A stretch of DNA of 64,000 bases, taken from positions 32,001-96,000 of the forward strand of contig JBBQUR010000014.1 of assembly GCA_038212275.1 (NCBI GenBank), read 5' to 3'. Positions 55,827-64,000 of the stretch are shown here, piece after piece. The notes beneath the pieces are model-generated. The model ran no database searches. It saw only the letters and a list, made by a program, of their open reading frames with translations, and had not been told where the DNA came from. How positions within the stretch are numbered: position 1 is the stretch's first letter; each line of letters starts with the position of its first letter. Both the position numbers and the translations under genes were made by a program. This DNA comes from Planctomycetota bacterium. GTDB taxonomy: Bacteria > Planctomycetota > B15-G4.

Positions 55827-57080
55827 ATGCCGTCGCCCGAGAGTCCCGCCGCGCCGCATGCTGCCGCCGGCGCACACGCGGCGTCGCTGCGCCTGTTCCG
55901 CGCCTACGTCGCGCTGACCTTCGCCTTCGCCTGGGTGCCGGTCATGTACACGGCCTTCACCGTGGACAAGGGCTTCTCGCCGGCGCAGTACCTGCAACTC
56001 TGGTCGCTGTACTACGCGACCATGGTGCTGGCCGAGGTGCCCTTCGGCTGGGCCGCGGACCGCTGGGGCTGCCGGAGGCTGCTGCTCGCGGGGCCGTGCG
56101 TGCTGGCCGGCAGCTTCGTGCTGCTGGACGCCGCGCACAGCTTCACCGCGGCCGCCGTGGCGATGGTCGTCATCGGCGTGGGCCACGCGATGATCTCGGG
56201 CGCCGACTCGGCCTGGCTCTACGACCACCTCGTGGCGACCGGCCGGCGAGACCAGGCGCTGCACGAAGAGACCGTCGCCCACCGCTGGCGCCTGCTGGGC
56301 GTCTCGGTGCTGGACGTCGCGGGCGGTTCGATCGCTTTCTGGTTCGGAACCTCGGCCGCCTTCCGCCTGAGCGTCGCCGTCATGGTGGGGGCGGCTTTCC
56401 TCGCCTGGCGGCTGCCCTCCCCCGGCTCCCTGCCCGCCACGCATGCAGGGCCCCTCGCACTGCGGACGCTGCCTTCATGGGGCGGCACGCGGCGCGCCCT
56501 GAGTCAGCGGGGCGTCGGCTGGATCCTCGGCTGGTATCTGGCTGTCTTCGTGCTGCTGCGCCTGGGCTTCCAGCTCTACCAGCCCACGCTGCTGGCACTC
56601 GGCGAGCGCGACCTGCGGCTGCACGGTCTGCTGCTCGGCGGGCTCAACCTCGTGGCCGGACTGGCCGCGCTCTTCGTCGTGCGCGTGCACGCCCGGCTCG
56701 GCGAACGCGCCACGGCCGTCCTCGTGCTGCTCATGCTGGCGGCGTCCTTCAGCGGCCTTTCGTGGAACGTGGCCCTCGCGATGCCCTGGTTGTGCTGCCT
56801 GCAGCAGGTGGCCTTCGCGTTTCTCCAGCCTGTCGGGCGCACCGCTCTCAACCGCCGCATCGCCGGTGGTGAACGCGCCACCCTGCTCTCGGTGCAGAGC
56901 ATGCTCGCCCGCCTGGCCACCGCGGCGGCGCTTGCCTTCGGTCCGTGGCATGCCGCGCTCGACCAGAAGCTGCCGACCACGTACCGCACCCTCGCGCTGC
57001 TCTCGCTGCTGGGCGCGCTGCTCTTCCACGCAACGCACAAGCCGCGCGCCTCCGCACTTGAAACCGCCCCACCCGGCTGA
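55827..57080 (+). CDS. MFS transporter
   Basis: EVPFGWAADRWGCRR (motif A), SGADSAWLYD, ERATLLS; about 12 TM segments. Confidence 0.88.
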   Translation: MPSPESPAAPHAAAGAHAASLRLFRAYVALTFAFAWVPVMYTAFTVDKGFSPAQYLQLWSLYYATMVLAEVPFGWAADRWGCRRLLLAGPCVLAGSFVLLDAAHSFTAAAVAMVVIGVGHAMISGADSAWLYDHLVATGRRDQALHEETVAHRWRLLGVSVLDVAGGSIAFWFGTSAAFRLSVAVMVGAAFLAWRLPSPGSLPATHAGPLALRTLPSWGGTRRALSQRGVGWILGWYLAVFVLLRLGFQLYQPTLLALGERDLRLHGLLLGGLNLVAGLAALFVVRVHARLGERATAVLVLLMLAASFSGLSWNVALAMPWLCCLQQVAFAFLQPVGRTALNRRIAGGERATLLSVQSMLARLATAAALAFGPWHAALDQKLPTTYRTLALLSLLGALLFHATHKPRASALETAPPG

Positions 57081-57094
57081 AACCATCAGCCGGA

Positions 57095-58285
57095 ATGAGC
57101 ACACACCGCTTCCTGCCCGCGCTGATCGCCGCGCTCCTCATCGTGGCGATGGGTGGATGCTCGGCGCCTTCGAGCTCCAGGAGCAGCGCCTCGACGCCCT
57201 CCAGCAAGACGGTTGCCGCGATGGAGAAGCTGCTCGGCTCCGGCCGGCACGCGGAGGTCATCGACGGCGTCGAAGCCAGGCTGCCCGAGACGCGCGACCC
57301 GGTGCAGCGCGCGCAACTGGAAACACTGCGCGCCCGTGCGTTGCTCGCCGATGGCCGCGCGCGCTCAGCCCTGCTGTCGTTCCAGCGCGCCGAGCGCGAG
57401 CTGACGCGCCCCGACGCCGACGTGCTCCGGCAGATTCTGCAGGGCGAGGGTGATGCGGAGATGGCGTTGTCGCACTGGCGCGTCGCCATTCAGAACTACA
57501 GCAAGGCGCTCAAGATCGACGGGTTGTCGACTCGCCAGCGCGATGACCTCGCCTACTCGGCTTACATCGCGGCCTATCAGGCGGGCGACTCCTCGGTCTC
57601 CACGTGGCGCTCGCGCGTCAGGCTCTTCTCGGCCGATCGCGTCGCGACGCTCGAGAAGCGGCTCCTGCGCCTGCCGGAGCCGCCGCCGCCCGCGCCGCTC
57701 CTGGTGGTCGCGCCGGTCGTGGCTCCCGGGCAGATTCCCTCGGACCCGCAGGTGCTGCTCAAGGAGATTCACCGTCGCGGCGAATGGGGCGCCCGTCCGA
57801 TCACCGGCTCGTTCGACCCGATGAAGCCGATCACGCGCATCACGGTGCACCATTCCGCGGAGGTGACCAACGCCGAGTCGAACGCCGCGGTCGGCAGCGA
57901 CCTGCGCAACATGCAGGCCAGTCACCAGACCGGCAACAAGTGGGCCGACCTCGGCTATCACTTCGTGATCGATCCGAGCGGCGGCATCTGGGAAGGCCGC
58001 GCGCTCAAGTGGCAGGGCGCGCACGAAGGCGCTGGACTCAACCAGGGCGCCATCGGCATCTGCCTCATGGGCAACTTCGAGACGCAGCCGCTGCCGAGCG
58101 CACAGACCGCGGGCCTCGCGCGCCTGCTCGACGTGCTGTGCAAGCACTTCCGTGTCGATGCCGCGCACATCAAGACGCACCGCGAGGTGCGTCAGGAGCC
58201 GACCGACTGTCCCGGCGCGCCGCTGCAACGCTGGGTCGACGACTACCGTCGCGCGCATTCCTCGGCGGCCGTCGCGCGGAAGTAA
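57095..58285 (+). CDS. lipoprotein with TPR-like region and PGRP/Amidase_2 N-acetylmuramoyl-L-alanine amidase domain
   Basis: Lipobox MGGC; ITVHHSA, WADLGYHF.I...G.IWEGR, GAH, IGICLMGNF, THREV..TDCPG (Zn ligands present). Confidence 0.88.
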   Translation: MSTHRFLPALIAALLIVAMGGCSAPSSSRSSASTPSSKTVAAMEKLLGSGRHAEVIDGVEARLPETRDPVQRAQLETLRARALLADGRARSALLSFQRAERELTRPDADVLRQILQGEGDAEMALSHWRVAIQNYSKALKIDGLSTRQRDDLAYSAYIAAYQAGDSSVSTWRSRVRLFSADRVATLEKRLLRLPEPPPPAPLLVVAPVVAPGQIPSDPQVLLKEIHRRGEWGARPITGSFDPMKPITRITVHHSAEVTNAESNAAVGSDLRNMQASHQTGNKWADLGYHFVIDPSGGIWEGRALKWQGAHEGAGLNQGAIGICLMGNFETQPLPSAQTAGLARLLDVLCKHFRVDAAHIKTHREVRQEPTDCPGAPLQRWVDDYRRAHSSAAVARK

Positions 58286-59196
58286 TCCAGCACGTCGCGC
58301 AGCGTGTCGCGCAGCACGCGCTGCGGAACGAAGCCGGTGTCGCGACGCAGCGTCTCCCCGCTTCCCAGGAAGACGGGCATGTCGAGCGCGCGCATCCGCG
58401 AGGGATCCTGCTCCACGCGCACATCCACCGTGCTGAGAGAGAGCAGCGTGTCCAGGATGTCCCTCATCACGACCGCGCGCCCGCTGCACACGTTGTAGGT
58501 CGCGTCGGGGCGCCCTGCCTGCGCAGCCAGCACGTAGCCGACGACCGTGTCGCGCACGTCGAGCAGGTCGCGCCGCGCCTCCAGATTGCCGACGCGCAGC
58601 ACCGGCTCCTGCAGCCCTTGCTCGATGCGTGCGACCTGCTGCGCAAAGGCGCTGGCCACGAAGTCAGGCGACTGCCCCGGCCCCACGTGATTGAAGGGCC
58701 GCAGGATCACGACGGACACGCCGCGGGCGCGGGCGTGGTGACCGGCCATCTCCGCGGCGGCCTTGCTCACGGCGTAGACCGTGGTCGGCGCAAGCGGCGC
58801 GTCTTCGGTGACGGGCAGCGCGGCCTCCGTCACGCGTCCGTAGACCTCGGCGCTGGAGACGAGCAGCACGCGCGTGGCCGGCGAAGCCGAGACGCAGGCC
58901 TCGAGCACGGCGCGCGTGCCGCCGAAGTTGACCGCGAGGCACGCGTCCGGCGCCTGCTCGGCCTTGCCCACGTGCGCGAAACCCGCAAGGTGGAACAACC
59001 AGTCGGGTCGCAGCTGCCCGATGAGCGCGCGACACGCGGCCGCGTCGGTCACGTCGAGGAGATGATGCCGCGCCGCGTCGGTCGGCTTCTCCACGGAGTG
59101 CAGGTCCGCGGCGTGCGCCTCGTGGCCCGCCGCACGCAGCGCGTCGAGCAGGTGGCGGCCGGCGAATCCGGCGCCCCCGGTGACGAGCGCGCGCAC
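58243..59196 (-). CDS. rmd: NDP-sugar reductase, probably GDP-4-keto-6-deoxy-D-mannose reductase (GDP-D-rhamnose)
   Basis: TGGAGFAG, HLAG, SSAEVYG, YAVSK, RPFNHVGPGQ..FV, GNL.ARRD; directly downstream of gmd. Confidence 0.75.
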   Translation of the reverse strand: MRALVTGGAGFAGRHLLDALRAAGHEAHAADLHSVEKPTDAARHHLLDVTDAAACRALIGQLRPDWLFHLAGFAHVGKAEQAPDACLAVNFGGTRAVLEACVSASPATRVLLVSSAEVYGRVTEAALPVTEDAPLAPTTVYAVSKAAAEMAGHHARARGVSVVILRPFNHVGPGQSPDFVASAFAQQVARIEQGLQEPVLRVGNLEARRDLLDVRDTVVGYVLAAQAGRPDATYNVCSGRAVVMRDILDTLLSLSTVDVRVEQDPSRMRALDMPVFLGSGETLRRDTGFVPQRVLRDTLRDVLDYFRATAAEECARR

Positions 59197-59197
59197 G

Positions 59198-61108
<1,911 letters not shown>

Positions 61109-61120
61109 TCACGCTTCGGT

Positions 61121-61759
61121 TCAGGGCGGCCAGGGCAGGCAGGTCCGGCATGGCGAGCAACCGGCCGCAAGCAGTCCCGCCACGTCCCAGGTGCATTCGT
61201 GCCGCGCTGCATCCCGCGCCACCCACGGACAATCGGCTCGATGGAAGCGTCCGGTGCTCCGCAGAAACGGGAGCGGACCGGCGGCCGAAAGCCGCGCGTG
61301 CACGCCACGTCGCGCGGCCACGGCCTGCGCCTGGAGTGCACGGAGCGCCGCGCTCTCGTCGATGTACGTCCACGCGAGTCCGGCCTGCACGAGTCCTGCC
61401 GAGAGGCTCTCGCCGTCCACTTCGAGATCCGCCAGCAGCCGCCCGTAGTGATCGCGAGGCGCTCGTGCGGGCCGCAGCACGAACGCGCGAGCTTCCAGAA
61501 AAGCCGCCGTGAATCGAGCGGCTTCCTTCGCAAGCGGTCGGCCGGTCTCGGGGCAGTCCACTCCCGGCAGGCGGACGCGCGTGCCGTCGGCGAGGCGCAC
61601 GGTGTCGCCGTCGAGCACGGACACCGGGCCCGACAACGTGGCGAGCGCCGCCGCTGCGGAAGTCCGCGGCGGCGGCGCCCGCAGGCCGGCGAGAACCACG
61701 CCGACCAGCACCAGCAGTGCCAGCCAGCGGCGCCGGGCCGCGAGGAAACGCGGGATCAG
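61121..61759 (-). CDS. thermonuclease (SNase) family protein with C-terminal Ada-like metal-binding motif (start uncertain)
   Basis: DGDT, VRLPGVDCPE, DHYGRLLA, LVQAGLAW; RFHRADC...PCRTCLP; N-terminal membrane anchor. Confidence 0.8.
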   Translation of the reverse strand: MIPRFLAARRRWLALLVLVGVVLAGLRAPPPRTSAAAALATLSGPVSVLDGDTVRLADGTRVRLPGVDCPETGRPLAKEAARFTAAFLEARAFVLRPARAPRDHYGRLLADLEVDGESLSAGLVQAGLAWTYIDESAALRALQAQAVAARRGVHARLSAAGPLPFLRSTGRFHRADCPWVARDAARHECTWDVAGLLAAGCSPCRTCLPWPP

Positions 61760-62868
61760 CCCAGCGCGGCGGCGAGCGGCACGAGCTGCCGGTCGAAGGC
61801 CTTCGCCACGCCTTCGTGCGTGATGGCGCCGCCCATGACGTTGGCGCCGTGCGCCAGCGACGCATCCGAGTTGAGCGCCTTGCGCACGCCGTCGCGCGCG
61901 AGGATGCGGGCGTAGGGCAGCGTCACGTTCGTCAGCGCGAAGGTGGACGTCCGCGGCACGGCACCCGGCATGTTGGCCACCGCGTAGTGCAGGATGCCAT
62001 CCACCATGTAGGTCGGGTCCAGGTGCGTGGTCGGGTGGATGGTCTCCACGCAACCGCCCTGGTCCACGGCCACGTCCACGATGACGGCGCCCGGCGGAAG
62101 CAGCGAGAGGTCCGCGCGCGTGATGAGCTTGGGGGCCTTGTAGCCCGTGATCAGCACGGCGCCGATGACCAGATCCGCAGACGGCAGTTCCTCCAGGATG
62201 GCCAGACGGCTGCTGTGCCGCGTGATCACATTGGCAGGCATGACGTCATCGAGGTAGCGCAGGCGATCCATGGACGTGTCCATGATGGTGACGCGCGCGC
62301 CGAGTCCCGCAGCCATCTTCGCCGCATTGATGCCGACGATGCCGCCGCCCAGGATGAGCACATTGCCCGGCTTGACGCCCGGCACGCCGCCGAGCAGCAC
62401 GCCGCGACCACCCATCGGCTTCTCGAGGTACTTCGCGCCCTCCTGCACGGCCATGCGGCCCGCGACCTCGGACATGGGCGTGAGCAGCGGCAGCGTGCCG
62501 CCGACCTGCACGGTCTCGTACGCGATGCAGTGCGAACCCGACTTCAGCATGGCGTCGGTGAGCGTCTCGCTCGCGGCAAAATGGAAGTAGGTGAAGAGCA
62601 CCTGGCCCTTCTTGATGCGCTTGTACTCGACCTCGATCGGCTCCTTGACCTTCACGATCATGTCCGCCTCGCCGTAAACGGCGTCGGCATCGGGCAGCAG
62701 CTTCGCGCCGGCCCGGACGTACTCGGCGTCGGGGATGCCGCTGCCGAGACCGGCGCCCATCTGGACGCAGACCTGATGCCCGTCGCGCACCAGGACATCG
62801 GCGCCTGCGGGGGTCATGCCCACGCGGTTCTCACTGGGCTTGATCTCGGACGGGACCCCGATCTTCAT
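61756..62868 (-). CDS. ald: alanine dehydrogenase
   Basis: IGVPSEIK..ENRV, VKVKEP, LFTYFH, PLLTPMSEVAGR, DVAVDQGGC.ET..PTTH, VANMPGAVPRTST. Confidence 0.96.
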   Translation of the reverse strand: MKIGVPSEIKPSENRVGMTPAGADVLVRDGHQVCVQMGAGLGSGIPDAEYVRAGAKLLPDADAVYGEADMIVKVKEPIEVEYKRIKKGQVLFTYFHFAASETLTDAMLKSGSHCIAYETVQVGGTLPLLTPMSEVAGRMAVQEGAKYLEKPMGGRGVLLGGVPGVKPGNVLILGGGIVGINAAKMAAGLGARVTIMDTSMDRLRYLDDVMPANVITRHSSRLAILEELPSADLVIGAVLITGYKAPKLITRADLSLLPPGAVIVDVAVDQGGCVETIHPTTHLDPTYMVDGILHYAVANMPGAVPRTSTFALTNVTLPYARILARDGVRKALNSDASLAHGANVMGGAITHEGVAKAFDRQLVPLAAALG

Positions 62869-63155
62869 GGCGGCTTCCTTGGCGTGGCGGGCAGGGAGTG
62901 GACGGCCACGCTGCGCCGGGAGGGCGCCACGGGACCGGTGGACAAACGCCCGCAGAGTTTATGGAAGCGCCGGCACCGGCGACAAGCCGCCCGCGCGGAG
63001 CGCGGGCCGGCGCGACGAGCCTCCGCACCCTGAACGTCCTCCCCGCCGGCTCGTCGGGAGAGGGCTGCGCAGATCTCCCGCAGGCCACTCGTTGATCGCG
63101 CACGCCGATCCGCGTATGACATGCGCCCTCGCGCCACGCGCGAACCCCATCCCGG

Positions 63156-63232
63156 GGGCGCATAGCTCAGTTGGTTAGAGCACCAGCTCGACAAGCTGGG
63201 GGTCGCAGGTTCGAATCCTGCTGCGCCCACCA
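63156..63232 (+). tRNA. tRNA-Val(GAC)
   Basis: GGGCGCA/TGCGCCC acceptor, ACCA, anticodon arm CCAGC-TCGACAA-GCTGG, T-arm GGTTCGAATCC. Confidence 0.92.
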
Positions 63233-63264
63233 TGCTGGGTGGCCCGCAGACCCGCGAGGATCGC

Positions 63265-64000
63265 ATGCCCGTAGACCTCTCGGTCGCCGTGCCGCTGGCG
63301 TGGGTCATCCCCTTCGTGCTTCTCCTGCTGGCGATCGCGGTCTTCCCGCTGTTCGCGCCGCATTTCTGGGAGCACAACAGGAACAAGGGCATCGTCGCGG
63401 CAGTCCTCGGACTGCCGGTGGCCCTCTGGGCCTGGCAGACCCAGCCGCACGCGCTGATGGAGACGGCGCACGACTACGGGGCGTTCATGCTCCTGCTCGG
63501 CTCGCTCTTCGTGGTCGCCGGCGGCCTGTATCTGGACGGCGACCTGCGTGCCACGCCCAAGGTGAACTGCGTGTTCATGCTGATCGGCGCCGTGCTGGCC
63601 AATTTCGTGGGCACCACCGGCGCCGCGATGCTGCTCATCCGGCCGCTGCTGCGCACCAACAGCGAGCGCAAACACGTACGGCACACGGTGATCTTCTTCA
63701 TCTTCATCGTGTGCAACGTCGGCGGCTGCCTCACGCCGCTGGGCGATCCCCCGCTCTTCGTCGGCTACCTGCGCGGCGTGCCCTTCCTGTGGACGTTGAG
63801 GCTGTGGCCCGAGTGGCTCGCGATGAATCTCGCGCTGCTGGCGATCTACTACGTCTGGGACTCGCGGGCCATCCGCAAGGAAACGGCCAAGGCGCTGAAG
63901 GCCGACATCACGAACTTCGTGCCGCTGAGCCTTCAGGGCAAGGTGAACCTGCTGCTCCTGGCCGGAATCGTCCCGGCCGTCGCGCTTGCTCCCATGGGCA
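63265..64000 (+). CDS. sodium:proton antiporter / CitMHS_2-like IT-superfamily transporter (truncated by window end)
   Basis: PFVLLLLAIA..PL...HFWE, ANFVGTTGAAMLLIRPLLR.N..R, FFIFIV.NVGGCLTPLGDPPLF.GYL.GVPF.W. Confidence 0.85.
   Translation, partial: MPVDLSVAVPLAWVIPFVLLLLAIAVFPLFAPHFWEHNRNKGIVAAVLGLPVALWAWQTQPHALMETAHDYGAFMLLLGSLFVVAGGLYLDGDLRATPKVNCVFMLIGAVLANFVGTTGAAMLLIRPLLRTNSERKHVRHTVIFFIFIVCNVGGCLTPLGDPPLFVGYLRGVPFLWTLRLWPEWLAMNLALLAIYYVWDSRAIRKETAKALKADITNFVPLSLQGKVNLLLLAGIVPAVALAPMG

Overview
High-GC bacterial chromosomal segment, probably from a Planctomycetota/PVC-type genome (inferred from the exported HEAT-repeat protein, the giant Gly-linker lipoprotein and the eukaryote-type UDP-sugar pyrophosphorylase; not verified). 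Most of the window is housekeeping: rpmF-plsX-fabH-fabD-fabG-acpP-fabF followed by UDPGP-ddl-dapB, then alaS, recA, smpB with tmRNA, mutL, holA, a futalosine-type menaquinone tailoring set (ubiE/menG, ubiX, ubiA/mqnP), ruvB-spoIID-tgt, an aminotransferase, gmd-rmd, uppP, ald and four tRNAs (Val-CAC, Leu-CAA, Leu-CAG, Val-GAC). The most accessory-looking part is the ~10.7 kb between tRNA-Val(CAC) and tRNA-Leu(CAA). It holds an S8 subtilase whose TGA is followed in frame by a further coding-like segment, a small Cys-rich lipoprotein with a CxxCH motif, a signal-peptide TPR-CHAT (caspase-like) protease, an S10 carboxypeptidase, and an apparently internally deleted radical-SAM gene fused to a DUF547 lipoprotein. 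Other points of interest are a 1499-aa beta-propeller lipoprotein heading the quinone/holA/mutL operon, a two-gene Psr/Nrf-type molybdoenzyme complex (fused FeS-NrfD subunit; tandem-repeat insertion in the catalytic subunit), a DUF366 gene, a TMTC-like glycosyltransferase, a tandem-SH3b protein and a candidate direct-repeat operator upstream of recA. No integrase, transposase or CRISPR array was seen. All family calls come from motif recognition by eye, without database searches.
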